From NCBI GenBank assembly GCA_046538155.1, contig JBKHJL010000001.1, positions 426-64,425 on the forward strand: a stretch of DNA of 64,000 nt, written 5' to 3'. The position numbers were made by a program, and so were the translations under genes. The notes under the pieces were generated by a model. The model was not told the DNA's origin and ran no database searches. It worked only from the letters and a program-made list of their open reading frames with translations. The DNA comes from Candidatus Micrarchaeia archaeon (GTDB lineage Archaea > Micrarchaeota > Micrarchaeia > Anstonellales > Bilamarchaeaceae). The stretch's first letter is position 1, and each line of letters starts with the position of its first letter. Below are positions 35,820-45,264 of this stretch, piece after piece.

Positions 35820-37322
35820 ATGCTGTTCACAGAGGCGCTCAATAAAATACGCGAAGGCGCAGACCTGGAAATAAACCCTTCGTTTGAAAGGCTCAGGGAA
35901 CTTTCCTTAACTGAAAATCCCCAAGAAACAATCTACGGAAGCTTAGTGTACAAAACCAGGATTAAAGGAAGGAGCGCCAAACTCACCGAAATCGTGGAAG
36001 GCGAGCCCACCCAGGAACAAAAGGAAACAATCCAGAAGGTTGCAGAACACCTCCAGGGAAAAAAGCTCATTCAAATCGATAGGAAGATGTGCCTCAGGAA
36101 TCCATTCCACTGCCGCGCATATATATCAGAAGCCTACGCACATCTAGCATACCTGTGGGGAAGGATGCTTTTCGACCCGGAACAGGGAAAGGAGCCGGAT
36201 TTTACCAGTGTCCAAGTCCCCGAATGGCCCGAAACCAAGATAATTGCAGACCCAAAAACCTGCACCACATTCATCCTGGGCTCAGATTATACAGGAGAGC
36301 TGAAAAAAGCAAACCTGCGCATGGCCATGTACCGCACCAAGCAGGCAGGAGGGCTTGGTTTGCACGCAGGTTCAAAGGTTCTCAAAGTACTTACTAATGA
36401 AGGCAAGCTTGAGGAAAAAGGAGTGCTCCTTTTTGGATTAAGCGCAACCGGGAAAACAACCCTCACCTGCCACCACCACTGGCTAAATAAAGAAAAAGGA
36501 GAGGGAACAATCATCAGGCAGGATGACGTAGTATTAATGCAGAAGGATTCCTATTGCAGGGGCACGGAAGACAATTTTTACATAAAAACAGATGCACTGG
36601 AGCCGGAAGACCAGCCAATCCTTTACAAGGCAGCAAGGAGCAGGAATGCCCTCCTTGAAAATGTAAAGGCCCTGGACAACGGGGAGATGGATTTTTTTGA
36701 TGATTCAATCACCACAAATGGGCGCGCGGTGGTGCTCCGCTCTGAAATGGAGGACACAAACAAGGATATTGACCTCCCCCAAACCCACATGATAATCTTC
36801 CTCACAAGGAGGGACACGATAATCCCCCCGGTTGCAAAATTAACTAATGAGCAGGCCGCAGCATTCTTCATGCTTGGAGAATCAATGGGGAGCGCAGCAT
36901 CAGATGTTTCCCCGGGAAAGCCCAGGAGGGTAGTTGGCACAAACCCCTTCATAATAGGCTCAGAGGAAGAAGAGGGAAACCGATTCTATGAGCTTATCAG
37001 CGCAAACCCGCACCTGGACTGCTATTTCCTGAACACAGGAAGAGTAGGAAGGAACGATGGCCCGGGAGAAAAAATAACGGTGCACGATTCCGCCACCATA
37101 ATCAAGGAAATCGCAAGAGGCACAGTAGAATGGAAAAAGGACCCGGACTGGGGCTACGAAATACTGGACAGCGCCCCGGAGGTGGAACTCTCCAAATTCC
37201 ACCCGGAAAAGCACTATACAAAAGAGCAATACGCAAAACTGGTGGAAGAACTAAGGAAAGAAAGAATGGACTGGCTCTCCCGGTTCAAAAAACTCCGCCC
37301 GGAAATAAAGAACGCAATCTGA
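35820..37322 (+). CDS. pckA: phosphoenolpyruvate carboxykinase (ATP-dependent type)
   Basis: Kinase-1a motif LLFGLSATGKTTLT (PckA consensus FFGLSGTGKTTLS), a ~500-aa length and a conserved C-terminal nucleotide-binding region. Confidence 0.65.
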   Translation: MLFTEALNKIREGADLEINPSFERLRELSLTENPQETIYGSLVYKTRIKGRSAKLTEIVEGEPTQEQKETIQKVAEHLQGKKLIQIDRKMCLRNPFHCRAYISEAYAHLAYLWGRMLFDPEQGKEPDFTSVQVPEWPETKIIADPKTCTTFILGSDYTGELKKANLRMAMYRTKQAGGLGLHAGSKVLKVLTNEGKLEEKGVLLFGLSATGKTTLTCHHHWLNKEKGEGTIIRQDDVVLMQKDSYCRGTEDNFYIKTDALEPEDQPILYKAARSRNALLENVKALDNGEMDFFDDSITTNGRAVVLRSEMEDTNKDIDLPQTHMIIFLTRRDTIIPPVAKLTNEQAAAFFMLGESMGSAASDVSPGKPRRVVGTNPFIIGSEEEEGNRFYELISANPHLDCYFLNTGRVGRNDGPGEKITVHDSATIIKEIARGTVEWKKDPDWGYEILDSAPEVELSKFHPEKHYTKEQYAKLVEELRKERMDWLSRFKKLRPEIKNAI

Positions 37323-37363
37323 AGAATCAAAACCCATTTATTCCTTTTTCATGAAGTATTCCC

Positions 37364-37840
37364 ATGGACCTTAAAGAGGCAGGAAAGCTCATCCTTGCAA
37401 TAATACTCTGCAACCTTGCAGGGGCAATTGGCTCAATATTCACGTTTTCTGCAATCCCAACCTGGTATGCAACATTAATCAAGCCGGAATTCAACCCGCC
37501 GAACTGGATTTTCGGCCCGGTCTGGACCGCTCTTTATGTATTGATGGGCATCTCCCTCTACCTAATCTGGAAACAATACGAAAAGGGGAAAAATGCAAAA
37601 ACCGCGCTCACAATCTTCTCAGTGCAGTGGGTACTTAATGCGCTCTGGTCGTTTCTTTTCTTCGGGCTCCAGTCCCCCCTGTATGGGCTCCTCTGCATAA
37701 TCCCATTATGGATTTCAATTGCTGTAATGATAGCAAAATTCTACCCGCTCTCAAAAAATGCAGCCCTTCTGCAAATCCCCTATCTGCTCTGGGTTTCTTT
37801 TGCAACAGTGCTGAACGCTTCGATCTGGGTGCTGAATTAG
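37364..37840 (+). CDS. tspO: TspO/MBR family tryptophan-rich sensory protein
   Basis: 158 aa, five TM helices, and conserved Trp pattern (PNWIFGPVWTALYVLMGISLYLIW ... WVLNALWSFLFF). Confidence 0.8.
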   Translation: MDLKEAGKLILAIILCNLAGAIGSIFTFSAIPTWYATLIKPEFNPPNWIFGPVWTALYVLMGISLYLIWKQYEKGKNAKTALTIFSVQWVLNALWSFLFFGLQSPLYGLLCIIPLWISIAVMIAKFYPLSKNAALLQIPYLLWVSFATVLNASIWVLN

Positions 37841-37844
37841 GAAC

Positions 37845-38561
37845 TTAGCCTTTTATCAGATACATGAATGCAAGACCGATTCCAAATATCAGTATGCTCA
37901 TCATCTTCCTCCATCCCTCTGATTTGTGCATCTCAGGAATCAGGTCCGAAGCAGCGATGTAGATGAAGTTCCCGGCTGCGAATGGTACAAGCAGGGGCAC
38001 AAACCCTTCAGTAATCCCTGAAAGGAAATACCCAACAATCGCCCCCAGCACCACGGTGGACTGAGCCGCGAAGCTGTACAGAATTGCCTTGTTCCTTTCG
38101 AAGCCCCCGCTTACAAGCACACCAAATATTCCGAGCTGCTGCGGCAGTTCGTGTGCAATGATTGCAATGGTAGTGGCAATTCCCAGCGGAATGCTAACCA
38201 GGAAGCTTGCAGCAAGGATTATTCCCCCAAGAAAATTATGTATTCCGTCCCCGATAACCATCACGTAAGAGAAAGGGTGGATCTTGCATTCCTTGCAGCG
38301 GTGCCAGTGAAAATATGATTCCACAATCATGAACAGCACAAACCCTGCAAGGCAGAGCAGCATGGTGCTGCCTGCATCTATCTCCACAAGGGATTCAGGA
38401 AGAAGATGGAAGAATGCGCCCCCAAGCAGGCTTCCTGCAGCAAATGCCACAAGAATATGGATAAGTTTGTTTAGGTCTTTTTTGCTGAACCACAGGGAGA
38501 ATACTCCTACAAAGCCAAGCAATGCATCGATTACTGCGGTTCCAAGTATCCACCAAAACAT
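37845..38561 (-). CDS. zupT: ZIP-family divalent metal transporter (ZupT-like)
   Basis: HNFLGG and AHELPQQLG motifs (ZIP signature HNxxEG / HExPExxG variants), 8 TM helices and a 238-aa length. Confidence 0.8.
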   Translation of the reverse strand: MFWWILGTAVIDALLGFVGVFSLWFSKKDLNKLIHILVAFAAGSLLGGAFFHLLPESLVEIDAGSTMLLCLAGFVLFMIVESYFHWHRCKECKIHPFSYVMVIGDGIHNFLGGIILAASFLVSIPLGIATTIAIIAHELPQQLGIFGVLVSGGFERNKAILYSFAAQSTVVLGAIVGYFLSGITEGFVPLLVPFAAGNFIYIAASDLIPEMHKSEGWRKMMSILIFGIGLAFMYLIKG

Positions 38562-38648
38562 GGTCTATTCTCTGCAGAAGAATGTTATTAAATCTTTCCA
38601 ATTAAGTTATTAACAATTGCAGCAAAAAACTTTCAAAATTATTAACCG

Positions 38649-39038
38649 GTGCCCAAAATGGAAATAATAAGCGTCTCTATGGACAGCGGAATGCTCAGGG
38701 AGCTGGACAGCATCCAGAAAAAGCTGGGGTTCAGGAGTCGCTCCAAGCTCCTGAGGGCCACATTGGATTCCCTCCTGAATGAATACAATGCATTGGACTC
38801 AAGAAAGGGGCATTGCGATGCAGTATTTACGGTTGCTCATTCCTCCAATGGAGCAGATTCATTGAGCAGCCTGCTTAATGAATTCGAGGATGCAATCGTT
38901 ACTGAAATCCACCAGCACCACAAAAACGTGTGCCTGAGGGTCCTGATAACATGTGCAGATGCTTCCAGAGTGAAGGAGCTGTTTTCCCACCTGAAAAGAA
39001 GCAAGGGGGTAAAGTCCGTGCAGGTGTCTTTATTATAG
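38649..39038 (+). CDS. nikR: NikR-family nickel-responsive regulator (ribbon-helix-helix + metal-binding ACT-like domain)
   Basis: N-terminal RHH MEIISVSMDSGMLRELDSIQKKLGFRSRSKLLRATLDSLL. The C-terminal HQHHKNVCL matches the NikR His3-Cys Ni site. It is divergent from zupT. Confidence 0.8.
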   Translation: MPKMEIISVSMDSGMLRELDSIQKKLGFRSRSKLLRATLDSLLNEYNALDSRKGHCDAVFTVAHSSNGADSLSSLLNEFEDAIVTEIHQHHKNVCLRVLITCADASRVKELFSHLKRSKGVKSVQVSLL

Positions 39039-39072
39039 AAATATTTATATTTTCTGAGGGATAGCCTTTTCC

Positions 39073-40248
39073 ATGGCGGAACTTTTATCATTCCTGATAG
39101 TCATCTCCGCAGGGCTGTTTCTTTCAGAGTTCCTCAAAAAGTTCCATATGCCATATGTGGTTGCATTAATCCTTGCAGGCATAATAATCGGACCGTTTGC
39201 CCTGGACCTGATTATAATAGATGAAACGATTGATTTCCTTGGTTCAATAGGCCTTGTTTTCCTGATGTTCATGGCAGGGCTTAAAATAAAGCTCTCCAGC
39301 TTCAGGAAGATAGTCGGCAGTGCAGCCAAGTTTTCCCTTCTAAACGGAATTTTCCCTATGGCCATAGGTTTTCTGGTCGCATCCTATCTGGGATATGGCC
39401 TGGTCGGCTCGTTCATGCTGGGAATAATATTTGTTTCTTCTTCCATTGCGATAGTGCTCCCGGTGCTGGAATCCCAGGGCCTACTCCAGTTAAAGCTGGG
39501 CCGGCTGATAGTTTCAGGCACGATTCTTGAGGATGTTTTCAGCCTCCTTATGCTTTCGTTCTTCCTACAGCTGGTGAATCCCACAACCGAGATACCTCTC
39601 TATCTTTTCTACATAATAGTCGGAATATCCCTCTATGCGCTGAGGAAGCTCCTGCCCAAAGCAAGGGAGGCATTCAGGAAATTCCACGGGGAAGAAAAAA
39701 CCCTTTTTGAAGAGGAAGTGCGTTTTGTTTTTGTTGCCCTTATTGCAACAGTGGTGTTTTTTGACCTCCTGGGAATGCACCCGGTAATTGCAGGATTCTT
39801 TGCCGGACTTGTGCTCTCAGAATCTATCCAGAGCCAGATACTTAAAAGGAAGTTGCACGCAATCAGCTACGGGCTGTTCATCCCGGTTTTCTTTATAATA
39901 ATCGGTGCGGAGATGGATGTGGGCGTTCTCTTTAATGGGGGGGAAGGCCTCTCCATTATCCTCATAATAGTAGCAGCAGCCGTGTTGTCCAAGTTTCTAG
40001 GAGGATTCCTTGCAGGAAAAGTAAATGGCTTCAATTCAAAAGAAAGCATAATCTCAGGAGTTGCAACAATTCCCCAATTAAGCACTACTCTTGCCGTTGC
40101 ATTTGTGGGGCTTGAAATGGGGCTGATAGATGACATGCTTATTACTGCAATGATCGTCCTCAGCATAGCCACAACATTTTGCGGGCCAATTCTTGTGAAA
40201 TTGCTCTTAGGACCGATGACCGGCAGGGAAATTCCGGAATCCCAGTAG
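39073..40248 (+). CDS. cation:proton antiporter, CPA2/Kef-type membrane domain
   Basis: 391 aa with about 12 TM helices. The N-terminus FLIVISAGLFLSEFLKKFHMPYVVALILAGIIIGP is typical of Kef/NapA-type exchangers. Confidence 0.7.
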   Translation: MAELLSFLIVISAGLFLSEFLKKFHMPYVVALILAGIIIGPFALDLIIIDETIDFLGSIGLVFLMFMAGLKIKLSSFRKIVGSAAKFSLLNGIFPMAIGFLVASYLGYGLVGSFMLGIIFVSSSIAIVLPVLESQGLLQLKLGRLIVSGTILEDVFSLLMLSFFLQLVNPTTEIPLYLFYIIVGISLYALRKLLPKAREAFRKFHGEEKTLFEEEVRFVFVALIATVVFFDLLGMHPVIAGFFAGLVLSESIQSQILKRKLHAISYGLFIPVFFIIIGAEMDVGVLFNGGEGLSIILIIVAAAVLSKFLGGFLAGKVNGFNSKESIISGVATIPQLSTTLAVAFVGLEMGLIDDMLITAMIVLSIATTFCGPILVKLLLGPMTGREIPESQ

Positions 40249-40278
40249 CCTTTTATTTATTGTCTTCATTTTTCCAGC

Positions 40279-41574
40279 ATGGCAAAAATAGATTGGTACA
40301 ACCAGTTTGTGGATTTAAAGTACAAGCCAGCAAAAGATGACCTGATAGTTCTTTTTTATTTCGAGCCTCCTTCAGGAATGAGCAAGAAGGAATCTGCCGG
40401 AAGGATAGCATCTGAAAGCTCTACCGGGACCTGGACTACACTGACCAGGCTCCCTCCCAGGATGAAAAAGCTCAAGGCAAAGGCTTTCCATATGGATGGA
40501 AATTACCTGAAGGTTGCATATCCGAGCGGACTCTGGGAAAAAGGAAATATGGCTCAGCTCCTTTCGGGGATTGCAGGAAACATATTTGGCATGAAGGGAG
40601 TGAAGAATCTCAGACTTATAGATGCAACACTCCCACGCAGCTACTTGAAGGGATTCAGGGGCCCCCAATATGGAATGGGCGGAATCCGCAAAATGATGGG
40701 AGTAAAGAAGCGTCCACTCACAGGTGCAGTAGTGAAGCCCAAGATAGGGTTCAGCGCAAAAGAGCATGCGGATATTGGATATCAGACCTGGATGGGCGGA
40801 TTCGATTTTGTAAAGGACGATGAAAACCTCACTTCCCAGAAATTCAACCGGTTTGAAGAGCGCCTGAAAATCATGACAAGGCTGAGGGACAAGGCAGAAA
40901 AGAGCACAGGAGAAAAAAAATCCGCATTCTTCAACATCACGGCAGAGACAGAAGAGATGAAGAGGCGTGCTAAGCTAGTTGCGGATGCAGGCTGGAATTA
41001 TGTAATGATTGATGTGGTGGTTACAGGAAACTCCGCAGTCCAGACCATGACGGATTACTGCAGGGACCTGGGCCTCGCAATCCATGCCCACCGCGCAATG
41101 CATGCGTCCTTTGACCGCAATCCAAAGCATGGAATGACCATGCAGTTCCTTGCAAAGATAATGAGGGTTCTTGGGGTAAATAATATCCATACAGGGACCG
41201 CAGTCGGGAAGCTAGTGGGTACAAAGCCTGAAGTTAAGGCAATCGCAGATGTGCTCAGGGAAAAGAAAACAAAAGCCAAGAAGCACCTGATTCTTGACCA
41301 GGATTGGGGAAGCATGAAAACAGTGTTCCCCGCATCTTCCGGGGGTCTCCACCCTGGTCTTGTGCCAGATGTAATGAAGATTTATGGGAATGAGCTGGTG
41401 CTCCTTATTTCAGGGGGAATCCATGGGCATCCGGATGGGACCAGGGCAGGAGCAGCAGCCACAATGCAGGCAGTAGAAGCAGTAATGGAGGGGGTATCCC
41501 CCGAGCAAAAAGCAAAAAAGAATAAGGAGTTGGCCGGGGCCCTGAAAAAATGGGGGCATCACAAGCCCAAGTAG
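40279..41574 (+). CDS. rbcL: ribulose-1,5-bisphosphate carboxylase/oxygenase large subunit, form III (archaeal)
   Basis: KPKIGFSAKEH (carbamylated Lys region), GGFDFVKDDENLTSQ (RuBisCO GGLDFxKDDEN) and the C-terminal loop-6/GG motifs. 431 aa. Confidence 0.9.
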   Translation: MAKIDWYNQFVDLKYKPAKDDLIVLFYFEPPSGMSKKESAGRIASESSTGTWTTLTRLPPRMKKLKAKAFHMDGNYLKVAYPSGLWEKGNMAQLLSGIAGNIFGMKGVKNLRLIDATLPRSYLKGFRGPQYGMGGIRKMMGVKKRPLTGAVVKPKIGFSAKEHADIGYQTWMGGFDFVKDDENLTSQKFNRFEERLKIMTRLRDKAEKSTGEKKSAFFNITAETEEMKRRAKLVADAGWNYVMIDVVVTGNSAVQTMTDYCRDLGLAIHAHRAMHASFDRNPKHGMTMQFLAKIMRVLGVNNIHTGTAVGKLVGTKPEVKAIADVLREKKTKAKKHLILDQDWGSMKTVFPASSGGLHPGLVPDVMKIYGNELVLLISGGIHGHPDGTRAGAAATMQAVEAVMEGVSPEQKAKKNKELAGALKKWGHHKPK

Positions 41575-41580
41575 CCGATC

Positions 41581-41955
41581 CTATTTACTTTTCCAGAGCC
41601 CGTGCACGTTGCAGTATTCCCTTGCAGTTACTTCCCCCTTCACCGGGAATTCTGCTTCAGGTGCTTCATCCGGCTTAAGGAATTTTCTGTAAGAACGATC
41701 ATCGGAAATTACCTGAATCCATTCTATGTAGTGCTTTTCTTCCATCGGGTGGGGTTCGGAGCCTACTTTTACCTTTATTCCATTTTCTGTCTTCTCAATC
41801 ACAGGAACGTGCTTTTCATCTCCCTCTTCTTCAACCTTTTCTGCCTTGAGCTCCATGGGCTGCCCGCAGCAGACCAGTTCTCCCGCCCCTGCGTGGAGCA
41901 CTTCCACAATATTTCCACAAACATTGCATTTGTATATCTCTTTTTTCTTGGTCAT
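41581..41955 (-). CDS. dfx: desulfoferrodoxin (2Fe superoxide reductase)
   Basis: N-terminal desulforedoxin site CNVCGN...CCGQ and C-terminal neelaredoxin His/Cys ligands (HVPV, EKHYIEW, CNVHGLW). 124 aa. Confidence 0.85.
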   Translation of the reverse strand: MTKKKEIYKCNVCGNIVEVLHAGAGELVCCGQPMELKAEKVEEEGDEKHVPVIEKTENGIKVKVGSEPHPMEEKHYIEWIQVISDDRSYRKFLKPDEAPEAEFPVKGEVTAREYCNVHGLWKSK

Positions 41956-42031
41956 TTTTCTCCACCCTTCATAAAACGATCGGCATAACCGGCATTAAAA
42001 ATTGAAAAAATAAGAAAAAGGCAAAAAAAAT

Positions 42032-42556
42032 TCAACCCTCTATCCACTCAACAAGGGCTTCAAATCTTTCTTCATGGTCGATTTCTTCCTCCATAATATG
42101 GAGCGCAAGGTTGTAAGTTACCACATCGCAATCCTTTGTCATCATTGCAATCTTGTGGTAAATTTTTATTGCGCAGTTTTCCCCTTTGAGTGCCCCCTTG
42201 AGCGATTCAATGGTTTCTTCGCTCGGAGCTTCATATCCGCAGTTAGTAATTTCATAAAGCTGTTTTTGGTCCACCACGGGTTTCCCCCCAAGCTGGAGGA
42301 TGCGCTCAGTAACCTCTTCAGCATGCTCAAGCTCCTCTTTTGCAACATCCTCAAGTTCTTTTGCAGCATTTGGATGCTTTACTATGGAAGCTGCCATTAG
42401 GTATTGAACATAAGCAAGCCATTCATCTGCCAGAGCCTTGTTGAGCTCTGCGATTACTTCCTCTGCTTTCTCACCTACTAATTCTTTTGCTGTTTTTCCC
42501 AATTGTACCACCTTACATATAATATAAACTAGCTTAGATCTATTGAATTGAACCAT
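42032..42556 (-). CDS. ferritin-like di-iron protein (bacterioferritin/Dps-like)
   Basis: LNKALADEWLAYVQYLMAA and EELEHAEEVTERILQLGGKP match Bfr/Dps helix A and helix C ExxH motifs. EEEIDHEERF is the second ExxH. The true start is probably internal. Confidence 0.6.
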   Translation of the reverse strand: MVQFNRSKLVYIICKVVQLGKTAKELVGEKAEEVIAELNKALADEWLAYVQYLMAASIVKHPNAAKELEDVAKEELEHAEEVTERILQLGGKPVVDQKQLYEITNCGYEAPSEETIESLKGALKGENCAIKIYHKIAMMTKDCDVVTYNLALHIMEEEIDHEERFEALVEWIEG

Positions 42557-42610
42557 TTAAAGGCTATTGGTTTAGTTCCAAACTTTTCCTATTGCATCAT
42601 ACGTGTGTTT

Positions 42611-43519
42611 TCAATCTACACACTCGCCATCTTCGCACGTTTCCCCGGAATCACATTCAAGTATGCCGAAACCGGCCATGCCCTCATCTGTACACCACAC
42701 TTCCAGAACAGAATAATCATCATAACATTTGTCTGTTTCTGTGTACTCCTCCCCACCTGACCAGTAAGTCACAGTCCCCTTTTTCCAGGTTTTCTTTCCC
42801 CCGTCCGTGTCTTCGCATTTGTGCTCTTCTTCTTCAGCACATACTCCGTCAACGCAGTACTCCCCTTCAGGACAGGAAATCTGCTCTGCTTTTTTTGCCC
42901 CGTTTTCACAGTAATATTCGTAAACAACATATGTGCCAAGGCAGTAATCCTCATAGCTATGCTCCCCCGCAACAACGGTGCCCCCTTCATGGAGGTCTTT
43001 TCCCCCATCAGAATCTGTGCAGCTCGGAACTTCAATGCACCTCCCGTTTTCACACACTTCTCCTGCAGAACAGGCAACATCTTCTTCAGCAACACCCTCC
43101 CCGCAGTAATACTCATGCACACTCCCCTCATCTGTGCAATAGTCGGAGTATTGCTCCCCGTCATACTGCACGGTACCCTTTGTCCCGGGCATATTTCCTC
43201 CATCTGTATCAAAGCAATTGAGTTCAACACATGCTCCCCCCTGGCACCCATATCCCGCCGGACAGGCGATTGTTTCGCTTTCAATCGCTCCCAGAGAGCA
43301 GTAATGTTCCAATACTTTTCCATCTTCAGTGCAGCTGTCGCTCTTGGATTCTGAGCCCAGTGAGGCAGTACCATAAGTAAATTCGTCCTTTCCCCCATCA
43401 GAATCTGTACATTCTTCCAGAGTAGGCGGCTCAAGCACCCCGGGCGAGCCCTTCTTTTCCTGCGGGCACCCCGAAATCAGGAGTCCCAAAACCATAAAAT
43501 ATATGATAATTTTCTCCAT
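42611..43519 (-). CDS. secreted/lipoprotein-like protein with four ~65-aa six-Cys repeats (paralog of 19861..21510)
   Basis: Signal plus LLISGCPQEK, then four repeats of CxDSDGGxD...GT...DxC...EYYC..G...C...CxxGxC (e.g. CTDSDGGKDEFTYGTASLGSESKSDSCTEDGKVLEHYCSLGAIESETIACPAGYGCQGGACVE). Confidence 0.75.
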   Translation of the reverse strand: MEKIIIYFMVLGLLISGCPQEKKGSPGVLEPPTLEECTDSDGGKDEFTYGTASLGSESKSDSCTEDGKVLEHYCSLGAIESETIACPAGYGCQGGACVELNCFDTDGGNMPGTKGTVQYDGEQYSDYCTDEGSVHEYYCGEGVAEEDVACSAGEVCENGRCIEVPSCTDSDGGKDLHEGGTVVAGEHSYEDYCLGTYVVYEYYCENGAKKAEQISCPEGEYCVDGVCAEEEEHKCEDTDGGKKTWKKGTVTYWSGGEEYTETDKCYDDYSVLEVWCTDEGMAGFGILECDSGETCEDGECVD

Positions 43520-43528
43520 ATCTTCATT

Positions 43529-43888
43529 TTGCCCGAAAAGACATTAAAACTCCCCCTCCCCCTCCATTTTTATATTCTTTGTTTATTGATATTGTCCATG
43601 GAAGATGTTAGAGTAAGAAAGATTGTCCTGGATGTGCTGAAGCCCATGGAACCCTCCATACTTGAGGTTGCCCGCAATATAACTGCACTGGGGGGTGTTG
43701 ACGGCGTTTGTGTAGATCTTCTTGAAATAGATAAAAAAGTGGAAAATGTAAAAATAGCAGTCAGGGGCAAGAACCTGAGTTATTATGAGATTAACCAAGT
43801 CATAGAAAGCACCGGGGCAACAATCCATTCTATAGACCATGTATACACGGTCAGAGAGGGAACCCCCAGATATGAGGGGTTTGATTAA
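43529..43888 (+). CDS. DUF211-like small protein
   Basis: The probable true start is MEDVRVRKIVLDVLKP (near 43598). A ~95 aa archaeal DUF211-like pattern. Assigned from recall of the family. Confidence 0.45.
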   Translation: MPEKTLKLPLPLHFYILCLLILSMEDVRVRKIVLDVLKPMEPSILEVARNITALGGVDGVCVDLLEIDKKVENVKIAVRGKNLSYYEINQVIESTGATIHSIDHVYTVREGTPRYEGFD

Positions 43889-43901
43889 ACCAGTGAGCTG
43901 A

Positions 43902-44513
43902 ATGTCTGAAGAGTTTAGGGAGAAAATCAGCAGTTATGAGCACATAACAGATATGTCCAAGCTGGCCCGCAGATATTTTGTAATGAATACATTTGACGGG
44001 ACCCTTACTATTTTCGGAGTCCTGCTCGGCTCTTTTCTTGCAGGCATAACGACCCCAGGCATAATAATCACTCTCGGGCTTGGTGCAGGAGCCGCTATTT
44101 TTATTTCCGGAGTCTGGGGCACATACCTTTCAGAAAGCGCAGAGCGCACAAAGGCCCGCCACGACCTTGAGCAGAAGATGCTGAAGAGCCTTGAAAAAAC
44201 AAAAATATCAGAAGCTGATAAATTTGCAACTTATTATGTTTCCCTGATAAATGGCTTCTCCCCCCTTCTCGCGATACTGGTAATACTTATGCCATTTTTT
44301 TCCTCTTCCGCAGGTTTTCTTGAGATGGAAATTGCATATTATTTCTCTTTCTTGATCTGGCTGCTGATTTTTGTATTCCTGGGAGTTTTCCTGGGAAAGC
44401 TGTCCAGAGAGAACATCGCAATTTCTGCCATGAAAACATTCATGGTTGGGGTAGTATGCGCAATAACCATTTACCTGATAAGCACGATAACTGGCTCCGC
44501 CCCCGGGACATGA
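43902..44513 (+). CDS. VIT1/CCC1-like membrane protein (putative Fe/Mn transporter)
   Basis: 203 aa. A cytoplasmic N-terminus is followed by TM helices with small-residue-rich segments (GLGAGAAIFISGVWGTYLSESAER). Adjacent to the DUF211 gene. Confidence 0.45.
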   Translation: MSEEFREKISSYEHITDMSKLARRYFVMNTFDGTLTIFGVLLGSFLAGITTPGIIITLGLGAGAAIFISGVWGTYLSESAERTKARHDLEQKMLKSLEKTKISEADKFATYYVSLINGFSPLLAILVILMPFFSSSAGFLEMEIAYYFSFLIWLLIFVFLGVFLGKLSRENIAISAMKTFMVGVVCAITIYLISTITGSAPGT

Positions 44514-44553
44514 GCCCAGCATATTTTTATTCCTTGGTGGAGTATCCTGACTC

Positions 44554-45264
44554 ATGTACAAAACAATATTTGCAATGCTTCTGTTGTTCGGGAGTATTTT
44601 TGCAGGAACAACAGTAGGAGTTGGAGAAACGGTAACTATAGGCGGAACAACTACTACGACTACTACGGACACAACCACCGAATCAGAATCCACAGAAACA
44701 GAGAATGAGGATACGTCAGGTGGAGTGGTAATGACAAATGAGGAAGGGGATTCCATTGTTGTTGGGGGTGAAAACGGGACTGTTGAAGAAGTTTCCCAGG
44801 GTGAAGTTGTTGAAGTAGGCCAGCAGGGAAATGAAAAACAGGAGATGGGGCAGCAACTTTTCCAGGTAAAGAAACAGGAACAGACGACTATACTTAGTTC
44901 TAATGGGGTTTCAGCGACCTGCAATGAAACCCTGAAAATCCAGAACCAGAATGTGTATCTGGAGCACAACGGAAACCAGCACCAAATCAAGGTCATGCCT
45001 TCCCAGATAATAGATGAAGAAGTGGAGAATGCCCAATTTCAGGACATGGTTCTGGAAATGCATTCCGAAGGACCGGCATACCGGTTTAAAGTACGGGAGC
45101 AGAGAAAGTTCTTCTGGATTTTCCCGGTTGATTCGCAGACCGAGTATATCATGAGTGCACAGACAGGAGAGTTAATTGAGGAAGCAGGCCCGTGGTGGGG
45201 ATTTCTTGCACCCCCAACCCACAGTATAAACGAGAGGTTGCAGTCAGCAAAGGGCACCGGCTAA
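44554..45264 (+). CDS. secreted Thr-rich protein
   Basis: Signal peptide MYKTIFAMLLLFGSIFAG, a poly-Thr tract (GGTTTTTTTDTTTESESTETE) and a C-terminal globular domain. The antisense ORF 44208..44996 is judged less likely. Confidence 0.5.
   Translation: MYKTIFAMLLLFGSIFAGTTVGVGETVTIGGTTTTTTTDTTTESESTETENEDTSGGVVMTNEEGDSIVVGGENGTVEEVSQGEVVEVGQQGNEKQEMGQQLFQVKKQEQTTILSSNGVSATCNETLKIQNQNVYLEHNGNQHQIKVMPSQIIDEEVENAQFQDMVLEMHSEGPAYRFKVREQRKFFWIFPVDSQTEYIMSAQTGELIEEAGPWWGFLAPPTHSINERLQSAKGTG

Noticed and set aside
42592-43434. 209-aa and 177-aa + ORFs and a 221-aa minus ORF overlapping the Cys-repeat gene 42611..43519
   Set aside because: They are alternative frames of the same repeat-rich region. 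Only the frame giving the signal peptide and regular six-Cys repeats is coherent.
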